Shown here piece after piece: positions 38,079 to 46,581 of a stretch of 49,729 nt of DNA; position 1 is the first letter of the stretch, and each line of letters begins with the position of its first letter. Source of the DNA: Myxococcota bacterium. Its GTDB lineage: Bacteria; Myxococcota_A; UBA9160; PR03. The position numbers and the translations under genes are program-made. The notes under the pieces were generated by a model. That model saw nothing but the letters and a program-made list of their open reading frames with translations, ran no database searches and was not told the DNA's origin. Location: the NCBI GenBank assembly GCA_041611735.1, contig JBFIML010000031.1, forward strand, positions 1-49,729, written 5' to 3'.

Positions 38079-40021
38079 CACGACCCCTCCTCGTTGACGC
38101 CCGGCTCGACGATCAGCAGCAGCGTGCCAGCCTCCACCTGGTCGCCACGGGACACGCGCACCTCGGTGACCACGCCGTCCTCGGGAGCACGCATCGGGTG
38201 CTCCATCTTCATCGCTTCCAGCACCACCAGCGTCTCGCCAGCCCGGACGCGGTCGCCCACCCGGACGCGCAGCTCGATCACCTTGCCCGGCATGGCGGCG
38301 ACGAACCCTCCCGAGGTCACCGCGGCGCCGGGCAGCTCGAAGCGCGGCTTCAGGGCGAACTCGAGATCCCCCCGCCGCCCCTGGACCAGCAGCCGGTTGT
38401 CGAAGCGACTGATCCGGGCGCGGCCGCGGCGGCCATCGATCTCGGCATCGATCCCGCCCTGGCTCCAGGCGTGGATGCGGGCGTGCGCCCCGTCGCCGAA
38501 GCGGAAGCGCCCGTCCCGAAGCCGGCGGTAGCGCACCGGGAGCTCGCGCTCGCGGTGCACGAGCACCACCTCCTGGTCGGGCAGTCGCGCGTTGCGCCAG
38601 CCGCTCGGGGCAGCGGCCAGGACTCGGGCGGCCGCGCGGTTGGCGCCCTGGAGCCAGAGCGCGGCGAGCCGCGCGGTCTGCTCCAGCTCCTCTTCGCTCG
38701 GCTCGAGGCGGCGCGGCGGAGCCACGCGTTCGATGAAGTCAGTCGTGGTGTCGCCCGCCAGGAACACGGGCGTGCGCAGGGTGGCGACCAGGAAGTCCCG
38801 ATTCGTGACCACGCCCCCGACGTGGCAGCGTTCCAGCGCCAGGGCGAGGCGTCCGGCCGCCTCGGCGCGCGTCGGAGCGTACGCGATCACCTTGGCCAGC
38901 ATGGGGTCGAAGTGCGTGCCGATGACCGATCCCGCCACCACGCCGGAGTCCCAGCGCACCTCCGGCGACGCGGCGGGCTCGAAGGCCACGAGCGTGCCCG
39001 TGGCCGGCAGGAAGTCCGCGGCCGGGTCCTCGGCGTAGAGGCGGGCCTCGATCGCCGCGCCCCGGAAGCGGATCTCGTCCTGGCGGTAGCCCAGGGGCTC
39101 GCCCTGGGCGATGCGCAGCTGCTCGCGCACCAGATCGATCCCAGTCACGGCCTCGGTCACCGGGTGCTCCACCTGGAGGCGCGTGTTGACCTCGAGGAAG
39201 AAGAACTCGCCGGTCTCGTCGTCCAGCAGGAACTCCACGGTGCCGGCCGACCGGTAGCCGAGCTTGCGCGCCAGCCGCAGGGCGGCGTCGCCCATGGCCT
39301 CGCGCAAGGCGGCGTCGACCCGCGGCGACGGCGACTCCTCGATGATCTTCTGGTGGCGCCGCTGGATCGAACACTCGCGCTCCCCCAGGTGTACGATCTG
39401 GCCGTGGGCGTCACCGAGGATCTGGATCTCCACGTGCCGGCAGCGCGGGACGTAGCGCTCCAGGAAGACGCGGGCGTCGCCGAAGCCGCTGGCCGCCTCG
39501 CGCCTCGCAGCGGCCAGGGCCTCGTCCAGCTGCGCGGGCGTCTGGACCACGCGCATGCCCTTGCCGCCGCCGCCGGCCGCGGCCTTGACCAGCAGCGGAT
39601 AGCCGACCTCGTCGGCCTGCCCGGGGTCCTCGCACCCGGGAAGGATCGGGACACCGACCTGCTGCGCCAGCGCCTTGGCAGCCAGCTTGTCGCCCATGCG
39701 CTCGATGGCCTCGGGCGAGGGCCCCACCCAGGCCAGCCCGGCGGCGACGACGTCCGCGGCGAACCCGGCGTTCTCCGCCAGGAAGCCGTAGCCCGGGTGG
39801 ATCGCCCGGGCGCCAGTCGTGCGAGCGGCTTCCAGGATGGCCTTGCCGTCCAGGTACGAGCTCGCAAGCCGCACCGCCTCGTCGGCCTCGGACACGTGGG
39901 GCGCGTGGGCATCGGCGTCGACGTAGACGGCCACGCAGCGGATTCCCATGGCGTGGGCGCTGCGCATCACGCGCCGGGCGATCTCACCGCGGTTCGCCAC
40001 CAGCAGCGTCCAGAAGCTCAC
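38078..40021 (-). CDS. Acyl-CoA carboxylase alpha subunit (biotin carboxylase + BCCP; AtuF/AccA2-like)
   Basis: LVANRGEIA, HPGYGFLAEN, GGGGKGMR, ERECSIQRRHQK, EVNTRLQVEHPVTE, EAMKME. Confidence 0.93.
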   Translation of the reverse strand: MSFWTLLVANRGEIARRVMRSAHAMGIRCVAVYVDADAHAPHVSEADEAVRLASSYLDGKAILEAARTTGARAIHPGYGFLAENAGFAADVVAAGLAWVGPSPEAIERMGDKLAAKALAQQVGVPILPGCEDPGQADEVGYPLLVKAAAGGGGKGMRVVQTPAQLDEALAAARREAASGFGDARVFLERYVPRCRHVEIQILGDAHGQIVHLGERECSIQRRHQKIIEESPSPRVDAALREAMGDAALRLARKLGYRSAGTVEFLLDDETGEFFFLEVNTRLQVEHPVTEAVTGIDLVREQLRIAQGEPLGYRQDEIRFRGAAIEARLYAEDPAADFLPATGTLVAFEPAASPEVRWDSGVVAGSVIGTHFDPMLAKVIAYAPTRAEAAGRLALALERCHVGGVVTNRDFLVATLRTPVFLAGDTTTDFIERVAPPRRLEPSEEELEQTARLAALWLQGANRAAARVLAAAPSGWRNARLPDQEVVLVHRERELPVRYRRLRDGRFRFGDGAHARIHAWSQGGIDAEIDGRRGRARISRFDNRLLVQGRRGDLEFALKPRFELPGAAVTSGGFVAAMPGKVIELRVRVGDRVRAGETLVVLEAMKMEHPMRAPEDGVVTEVRVSRGDQVEAGTLLLIVEPGVNEEGS

Positions 40022-41670
40022 AGCCGGAAGACCCCGTAGCCGCGCGCGCCCTCGATGGGCGTGTTGCGGACCACCGAGAGGCAGATCCCGAGCACCGTGC
40101 GCGTATCGCGCGGATCGATGATCCCATCGTCGCTGATGGCGCCGGTGGCCTCCAGCGCGATCGAGCCCTCCTCCTGGATGGCCTCCACCGCCGCGCGGAT
40201 CTTCGCGTCGGCCTCCTCGTCGAAGGGCTCGCCCTTCCGGGCGGCCCGGGCGCGGCGCACGATCGACATCACGCCGGCGATCTGCTTGCCGCCCATGACG
40301 GCGATCTTGGCGGTCGGCCACAGGAACGTGAAGCGGTTGTTGAAGGCGCGGCCCGACATGGCATAGGTGCCAGCGCCGTAGGAGGCGCCGATGATCAGCG
40401 TCAGGTGCGGCACCGTCGAGTTGGTAACCGCGTTGATCATCTGCGAGCCCTTCTTGATGATGCCCGCCTGCTCCGCGTCCTTGCCCACCACGAAGCCGGT
40501 CAGGTTCTGGAGGAAGAGCAGCGGCACGTCGATCTGGTTGCAGAGCTGGATGAAGTGGGCCGCCTTCTCGGCGGACTCCGGGTTCAGCACCCCGTTGTTG
40601 CCGATGATCCCGATGGGGTAGCCCTGGATCTGCGCCCAGCCGCAGACCAGCGTGGTGCCGTAACGCGGCTTCCACTCCTCGAAGCGCGAGCCGTCGACGG
40701 TCCGACCGATCACCTCCCGCACGTCGACCGGCCGGCGCAGCTCCGGATCCAGGATGCCCAGCAGCTCCTCGGGATCGAGCACGGGCTCGGCGAACGGCTC
40801 CAGGGGCGGAGGCCCCGGCTTGTGCCAGTTCAAGTGCGAGATCACCTCGCGACACAACCGACAGGCATCGGGCTCGTCCTCGGCCAGGTACTCGCCGAGC
40901 CCCGAGATCTCGGCGTGCATCCGGGCGCCGCCCAGGGTCTCGTCGTCGGACTCCTCGCCGGTGGCCATCTTCACCAGGGGTGGGCCGGCGAGGAAGATCT
41001 TCGACTGGTTCTTGATCACGATGTTGTAGTCCGACATGCCGGGCTGATAGGCCCCGCCGGCGGTGGACGAGCCGAAGACCACGCAGACCGTCGGGATCCG
41101 CAGCTTCGAGAGCTCGATCATCTCGTAGAAGAAGCGCCCGGTCTCCGCGAAGTGCTGGAGCCGCGCGGAGGTGCCCGCGCCGGGCGAGCGCTTGCCATCG
41201 GTGCGCACGCGCAGGTCGGCGCCCGCCGACTCGACGAAGCTCACGTACGGGATGCGGTTGTCGCGGGCGATCTCCAGCGCGCGCATCCACTTCTTGGCCA
41301 CGTAGGGCGTGAGCGCCCCACCCAGCACCGTCGGGTCGTTGGCGAAGATCACGCACTCGACCCCGGCGATGACCCCGATCCCGATGATCGCGCCGCCGCC
41401 GGTGGTGTAGTCGGAGTTGTAGGCGGCCAGGGGGCTGATCTCGAGAAAGGGGCTGTCGGGGTCGAGCGTCAGCGCGAGGCGCTCGCGCACCGGAAGCTTC
41501 CCGCGCGTGGCCAGGCGCGCGTGGTGCTCCGGGCCGCCGCCGGCCTCGGCCTCGTCCAGGAGCCGGTCGATCTTCTCGAGCCTCTCGAGCATGGCGGCCC
41601 GGTTCTCCGCGAACTCCGGCGCGCGGGGATCGAGGCGCGAGCGGATGGGAGGGCCGAGGAGAGGCTGCAT
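40018..41670 (-). CDS. Acyl-CoA carboxylase beta (carboxyltransferase) subunit (AtuC/AccD2-like)
   Basis: RGKLPVRER, GSSTAGGAYQPGMSD, LAGPPLVKMATGE, SYGAGTYAM, DGIIDPRDTR. Confidence 0.93.
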   Translation of the reverse strand: MQPLLGPPIRSRLDPRAPEFAENRAAMLERLEKIDRLLDEAEAGGGPEHHARLATRGKLPVRERLALTLDPDSPFLEISPLAAYNSDYTTGGGAIIGIGVIAGVECVIFANDPTVLGGALTPYVAKKWMRALEIARDNRIPYVSFVESAGADLRVRTDGKRSPGAGTSARLQHFAETGRFFYEMIELSKLRIPTVCVVFGSSTAGGAYQPGMSDYNIVIKNQSKIFLAGPPLVKMATGEESDDETLGGARMHAEISGLGEYLAEDEPDACRLCREVISHLNWHKPGPPPLEPFAEPVLDPEELLGILDPELRRPVDVREVIGRTVDGSRFEEWKPRYGTTLVCGWAQIQGYPIGIIGNNGVLNPESAEKAAHFIQLCNQIDVPLLFLQNLTGFVVGKDAEQAGIIKKGSQMINAVTNSTVPHLTLIIGASYGAGTYAMSGRAFNNRFTFLWPTAKIAVMGGKQIAGVMSIVRRARAARKGEPFDEEADAKIRAAVEAIQEEGSIALEATGAISDDGIIDPRDTRTVLGICLSVVRNTPIEGARGYGVFRL

Positions 41671-41698
41671 GGTCCGTTGCTCATGCGCTGAGAGCGAA

Positions 41699-41738
41699 CA
41701 GGTAACCTGTTAGATAATATTTGTCAATGATCATTACC
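41699..41738 (-). promoter_or_regulatory. AT-rich promoter/operator region of the carboxylase-atuA-tetR operon
   Basis: Minus strand TTGACA (41722-41727), N17, TACCTG; perfect palindrome AATGATCATT (41726-41735) overlapping the -35 edge. Confidence 0.55.
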
Positions 41739-41778
41739 TACCCGCGAACCCAGGAGCGCCGAGGCGGGGACCTTGCGG

Positions 41779-42552
41779 CTAGGGCGCTCCCAGGCGGACC
41801 TCCAGGGTCACGCTGCGCTCGAACATCGGCTCCTCGGGGCTCGCGGGACCGAGATCCGCGTAGGAGCTCGAGACGTTGCTGTCCAGCAGGTAGCTGGCGC
41901 CGCCCTCCAGGCTGAGCGGAAACTCCCCGGTCGCATCCTGGAAGCTGCAGGCCGGATCGCAATCCCCGAGTCCCGAGCTGGGGGTCACCCGCATCAGGTC
42001 GATGATGGAGAAGACATCGACGTTGCTGGCCGTCGCCGCCCCCTGCCTGTCCTCGGTGATTCGCAGCACCAGCGGGCGCACGTCCGCGTTCGGAGACGGC
42101 GGCACGCTGAACACGTGCGTGGCCGCGGTCTGTTGGTAGACCGGGTCGAGCTGGGGGTCGCGCGGCATGACGCCGCGATGCTCGTGACGGACGGACCCGC
42201 TGCTCTCGGTCGGCCCGAGCCGGGTCAGCAGGTGGAAGTCGAAGGGAGCGTCGGGGTCCACCAGCTCACCCTCGGCGGTCAGGGGGGCGTCCGAGACGGC
42301 GGTGAAGTCCCGGGCACCGCCGCAGGACAGCACCACGTCCTGGGCTCCGGTCACCAGATCCACACTCTCGTTTACGTAGCCGAGCCCGCCGAAGGGCGCG
42401 GCGCATGTCAGCGTCAGGTGCGCGTCGGGACGGTGCGCGCCTGCCTCCGCCGGCGGGGCCAGCAGCATCGCGATCGCCACGGCACCCACGCCGAAGCGGA
42501 GCCGGGCTCTCCCAGGCAACTGCCGCTTCCACATGTCCTTCACCTGGCGCAT
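41779..42552 (-). CDS. Hypothetical secreted protein
   Basis: Basic n-region, hydrophobic GVGAVAIAMLLA, AEA cleavage site; beta-rich with 4 Cys; alternative start 42534. Confidence 0.55.
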   Translation of the reverse strand: MRQVKDMWKRQLPGRARLRFGVGAVAIAMLLAPPAEAGAHRPDAHLTLTCAAPFGGLGYVNESVDLVTGAQDVVLSCGGARDFTAVSDAPLTAEGELVDPDAPFDFHLLTRLGPTESSGSVRHEHRGVMPRDPQLDPVYQQTAATHVFSVPPSPNADVRPLVLRITEDRQGAATASNVDVFSIIDLMRVTPSSGLGDCDPACSFQDATGEFPLSLEGGASYLLDSNVSSSYADLGPASPEEPMFERSVTLEVRLGAP

Positions 42553-42624
42553 GGTGTTACCGGTTACTTGCCGATGCGGGTTCGGACGTGACGAAGCTGC
42601 ATCTCAACATGGTCGCACGTGCCA

Positions 42625-42687
42625 TGTCAAGCGCCGAACCGATCCCGGGGACCGTGCGCATTGACAGACGGCCAGCGCATGTACCAT
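42625..42687. promoter_or_regulatory. Back-to-back -35 elements (divergent promoters)
   Basis: TGTCAA (42625-42630) and TTGACA (42661-42666); TACCAT at 42682-42687 (15-nt spacer, short). Confidence 0.35.
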
Positions 42688-42716
42688 CCGGTGAGAGGGC
42701 CTTGGTGGAGGATTCC

Positions 42717-43490
42717 ATGAACCCGATCCAGCTGACGACCGAGCGCGGCATCATGACGGTGACCCTGGCGGACGTGGAGAACCGCAACGCCCTGAGCGGA
42801 GCCCTGATCCAGGGCCTCCACGAGGCCCTCGGCGCCGCCAACCTCGACCCGACCGTGCGCGCCGTGGTGCTCACCAACGAGGGCAACACCTTCTGCGCCG
42901 GCGCCAACCTGAAGGAGCGCTCCGGCGTCCGGCCCAGCACCGCCGCGAGCGTGAGCCTGGAGGAGCTGCTGCAGTCGCTTCAAGGCTCGCCCACCCCCGT
43001 CGTCGGACGCATCGCGGGCCACGTGATGGGAGGAGGCAACGGGCTGGCAGCGGCCCTCGACATCTCCATCGCCGCCGAGGACGTGAAGTTCGGCTTCACC
43101 GAGGTCCGCCTCGGCCTGGCACCGGCCATCATCTCCGTGGTGTGCCTGCCCAAGATGCGACCGGGCGAGGCCATGGAGACCTTCCTGCGCGGGAACCGCT
43201 TCCCGGCCGCGCGCGCCGCCGAGCTCGGGCTGATCAATCGTGCCGTGCCGCGGGACCAGCTCGACTCCGCGGTGGAGGAGGTGCTGGCCGACCTGCGCCT
43301 GGCCGGGCCGAACGCCCTGGGCGCGGCCAAGCGGCTGGTGCGCGAGGTGCCGCGCATGGAGCCGAAGGACGCCTTCCAGTGGACGGCGCAGCTCTCGGCC
43401 GAGCTGTTCCGGAGCGACGAGGGACGCGAGGGCATGGCCGCCTTCCTGGGCAAGCGCAAGCCGGCCTGGGCGGACGACGACGACGGGTAG
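42717..43490 (+). CDS. Enoyl-CoA hydratase/crotonase (EchA7/AtuE-like)
   Basis: NRNALS, FCAGANL, GGGNGL, FGFTEVRLGLAP, EGMAAFLGKRKPAW; GGAGG RBS. Confidence 0.92.
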   Translation: MNPIQLTTERGIMTVTLADVENRNALSGALIQGLHEALGAANLDPTVRAVVLTNEGNTFCAGANLKERSGVRPSTAASVSLEELLQSLQGSPTPVVGRIAGHVMGGGNGLAAALDISIAAEDVKFGFTEVRLGLAPAIISVVCLPKMRPGEAMETFLRGNRFPAARAAELGLINRAVPRDQLDSAVEEVLADLRLAGPNALGAAKRLVREVPRMEPKDAFQWTAQLSAELFRSDEGREGMAAFLGKRKPAWADDDDG

Positions 43491-43514
43491 ACTTCCGCCA
43501 ACGAGGAGACCGCG

Positions 43515-44522
43515 ATGAGGATCGATGCCGCCTTGATGGGAGCCCTGGAAGAGGTGCCCCAGAATGCCCAGGCGCTCGAGGCCCAGGGCTTCGACGGCGC
43601 GATCACCGCCGAGCTGGGCTCGGATCCCTTCTTCCCGCTCTTGCTGGCGGCGCAGCACACCGAACGCCTCGAGCTCATGACCTCGATCGCCGTGGCCTTC
43701 GCGCGCAACCCGATGACCCTCGCCTACCAGGCCAACGATCTGCAGGCCTACTCCAAGGGGCGCTTCCTGCTGGGGATCGGCTCGCAGATCGCGCCGCACA
43801 TCGTGAAGCGCTTCAGCATGCCCTGGTCGCGGCCCGCGGCGCGCATGCGCGAGTTCATCCTGGCCCTGCGCGCCATCTGGGACTGCTGGCACCGCGGCCA
43901 GAAGCTCGACTTCCGCGGCGAGTTCTATACCCACACCCTGATGACGCCGATGTTCACGCCCGCCAAGAACCCCCACGGCGCACCTCCGGTGATCCTCGCG
44001 GCGGTCGGCCCCAGGATGACCGAGGTCGCCGGGGAGGTAGCCGACGGCATGCTCGTCCACAGCTTCACGACCCCGCGCTACCTCCAGGAGGTGACGCTTC
44101 CCGCCCTCGAGCGTGGCTTCGCCAAAGGCGGGCGCGTCCGGCAGGGCTTCCAGCTCTGCTACCCGGCCTTCGTCGTGACGGGCCGCAACGAGGCCGAGTG
44201 GGCGCAGAACCGCACCGCCGTGACCCGCCAGATCGCCTTCTACGGCTCCACGCCCGCCTACCGCGGTGTGCTCGAGCTCCACGGCTGGGGCGATCTCCAG
44301 CCCGAGCTGAACGCGATGTCGAAGCGAGGCGAGTGGGTGGCCATGGGGGAGCGCATCAGCGACGAGATGCTGGAGCACTTCGCGATCGTCGCCGAGCCGG
44401 ACCGGGTGGTGGGCGCCCTGAAGCAGCGCTTCGGGGGGGTGATGGACCGGGTGCTCTGCACCTTCCCCTACGCGACCGATGCGGAGCGCCGCGCCTACCT
44501 GGAGGAGCTGCGTGCCGCCTAG
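43515..44522 (+). CDS. LLM-class probable F420-dependent oxidoreductase (TIGR03617-like)
   Basis: DPFFPL, TSIAVAFARNPM, LGIGSQIAPHIVKRFSMPWS, HTLMTPMF, FYGSTPAYRGVLELHGW. Confidence 0.88.
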   Translation: MRIDAALMGALEEVPQNAQALEAQGFDGAITAELGSDPFFPLLLAAQHTERLELMTSIAVAFARNPMTLAYQANDLQAYSKGRFLLGIGSQIAPHIVKRFSMPWSRPAARMREFILALRAIWDCWHRGQKLDFRGEFYTHTLMTPMFTPAKNPHGAPPVILAAVGPRMTEVAGEVADGMLVHSFTTPRYLQEVTLPALERGFAKGGRVRQGFQLCYPAFVVTGRNEAEWAQNRTAVTRQIAFYGSTPAYRGVLELHGWGDLQPELNAMSKRGEWVAMGERISDEMLEHFAIVAEPDRVVGALKQRFGGVMDRVLCTFPYATDAERRAYLEELRAA

Positions 44523-44551
44523 CCAGGGGCGCCCGCGCCCCGGGAGCAGCG

Positions 44552-45352
44552 ATGTTCCAACAGCCCTACGACTTCCGCGACGAGAGCGATGCGCTCCATG
44601 CGCTGCTCGAGCCGCTCCCGGACGCCGACTTCGGGCGCAGGACCCAGTTCAAGGACTGGTCGATCCACGACGTGGTGGCCCACCTCCACATCTGGAACTG
44701 GGCGGCGGACCTCGCCCTGCGTGACGGGGACGCCTTCCGGGCCTTCTGGAAGAAGCTCGCTGCCGGCGTCGCCCAGGGTCGCACCCTCGTGCAGCTGACC
44801 GACCAGTGGCTCGAGGGCGCGCGCGGCCAGAAGGTCCTCGATCTCTGGCGGGCCTTCTATCCCGAGATGACCGAACGTTTCGCGGCAGCGGATCCCCGGG
44901 CCCGGGTTCCCTGGGCCGGCCCGGACATGAGCGTTCGTTCGAGCATCACGGCGCGGCTCATGGAGACCTGGGCCCACGGGCAGGAAGTCTACGATCTCCT
45001 GGGCGTCGAACGCGTCGACACGGACCGCATCCGGAACATCGCCCACCTGGGTGTCCACACCTTCGCCTGGACCTTCGTGAACCGCAAGCTCGAGGTTCCC
45101 GCGCCGGTCCCGCACGTCCGCCTGGAGGCCCCGTCGGGCGCCATCTGGGAATGGAATGGCGAAGTGCAGAGCGACCTCGTCGATGGGAGCGCCACCGAGT
45201 TCTGCCAGGTGGTGACGCAGGTCCGCAACGTTGCGGATACGAAGCTCCGCGTGGAGGGCGAGGTGGCCCACCGCTGGATGTCGATCGCGCAGTGCTTCGC
45301 CGGGCCGGTCGAGGACCCGCCGGCCCCCGGAACGCGCTTCACCAGGCGCTGA
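44552..45352 (+). CDS. TIGR03084-like MDMPI-family metal-binding protein
   Basis: WSIHDVVAHL, PWAGPDMSVRSSITARLMETWAHGQ, FCQVVTQVR, AQCFAGP. Confidence 0.85.
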   Translation: MFQQPYDFRDESDALHALLEPLPDADFGRRTQFKDWSIHDVVAHLHIWNWAADLALRDGDAFRAFWKKLAAGVAQGRTLVQLTDQWLEGARGQKVLDLWRAFYPEMTERFAAADPRARVPWAGPDMSVRSSITARLMETWAHGQEVYDLLGVERVDTDRIRNIAHLGVHTFAWTFVNRKLEVPAPVPHVRLEAPSGAIWEWNGEVQSDLVDGSATEFCQVVTQVRNVADTKLRVEGEVAHRWMSIAQCFAGPVEDPPAPGTRFTRR

Positions 45353-45386
45353 CCCCCCAGGGTCGCGTGCCCGCCGGGAGAACCCC

Positions 45387-46505
45387 ATGCGTACGAAGCT
45401 CGCCGCGGAGCTGGGGCTCGAATTCCCCATCTTCGCCTTCACCCACTGCCGCGACGTGGCGGCCGCCGTCTCCAAGGCCGGCGGTCTCGGCGTGCTCGGC
45501 GTCGCCGGTCACTCCCTCGACCACCTGAAGATGGAGCTCGCGTGGATCGAGAAGGAGGTGGGCGACAAGCCCTACGGCGTCGATCTGCTGCTGCCGACCC
45601 GCTTCGTGGGCAGCGAGCGCGGCGGGCTCGACGCCGACGAGCTGGACGCGCGCATCCCGGAGCCGCACCGGCGCTTCCTGGACGACCTGCTGGCCCGGCA
45701 CGAGGTGCCGCCGCTGCCCCCGGACGCGAAGGTGCCCGCGGAGTTCAGCGTCGGCTACGAGAAACAACGCGACGTGATCGAGCTGGTGTTTCAGCACCGG
45801 ATCTGCCTGATCGCGTCGGCGCTCGGGCCGCCGCCCCCGTGGATGATCGAGATGGGCCGCGAGCACGGCGTGAAGGTGGCCGCCCTGGCCGGCACCGTGG
45901 AGCACGCCCGCCGCCATGTGGAGGCCGGCGTCGACATCGTGGTGGCCCAGGGCTACGAAGCAGGCGGCCACACCGGCGAGATCTCCACCATGGTGCTGGT
46001 GCCGGAGGTGGTCGACGCCGTGGATCCGCTTCCCGTGCTGGCGGCGGGCGGCATCGGCAACGGCCGCCAGGTCACCGCGGCGCTGGCGCTGGGCGCCCAG
46101 GGCGTCTGGATGGGCTCCCTGTGGCTCACCACCGAGGAAGCCGAGACCCATCCCGTGGTGAAGGAGAAGTTCCTTCGGGCTTCCTCCCGGGACACCGTCC
46201 GCAGCCGCTCGCTCACGGGCAAGCCTGCGCGCATGCTGCGTAGCGCCTGGACCGACGCCTGGGACGACCCGTCGAACCCGGATCCCCTGCCCATGCCCCT
46301 GCAGCCGCGGCTCGTGCGCGAGGCCCAGGCGCGCATCGCGCACACGGCCCACAAGTCTCCCGGCGCCGCCCAGCTCGCCAACTACTTCGTGGGCCAGATC
46401 GTAGGATCGCTGAAGCACGTGAAGTCGGTGCGCAGCGTCATGGAGGAGCTGGTCCAGGAGTACGCGGACACCATGGAGCGCCTGGACGAGTGGGCGGGCG
46501 ACTGA
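45387..46505 (+). CDS. Nitronate monooxygenase / FabK-like FMN oxidoreductase
   Basis: FAFTHCRDV, GGLGVLG, QGYEAGGHTG, LAAGGIGNG, TGKPARML. Confidence 0.9.
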   Translation: MRTKLAAELGLEFPIFAFTHCRDVAAAVSKAGGLGVLGVAGHSLDHLKMELAWIEKEVGDKPYGVDLLLPTRFVGSERGGLDADELDARIPEPHRRFLDDLLARHEVPPLPPDAKVPAEFSVGYEKQRDVIELVFQHRICLIASALGPPPPWMIEMGREHGVKVAALAGTVEHARRHVEAGVDIVVAQGYEAGGHTGEISTMVLVPEVVDAVDPLPVLAAGGIGNGRQVTAALALGAQGVWMGSLWLTTEEAETHPVVKEKFLRASSRDTVRSRSLTGKPARMLRSAWTDAWDDPSNPDPLPMPLQPRLVREAQARIAHTAHKSPGAAQLANYFVGQIVGSLKHVKSVRSVMEELVQEYADTMERLDEWAGD

Positions 46506-46581
46506 GCGGCGGCGAGCCCGCTCCCGGGGGCCTCCGGAAGCCAGGGGTTCGGCTAACGTGGCTCCACCAGGGAGTCACGCC

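Noticed and set aside
40022-41356. Apparent N-terminal extension of biotin carboxylase (1092-aa ORF)
   Set aside because: Overlaps the carboxyltransferase in another frame; GTGA start/stop coupling at 40018-40021
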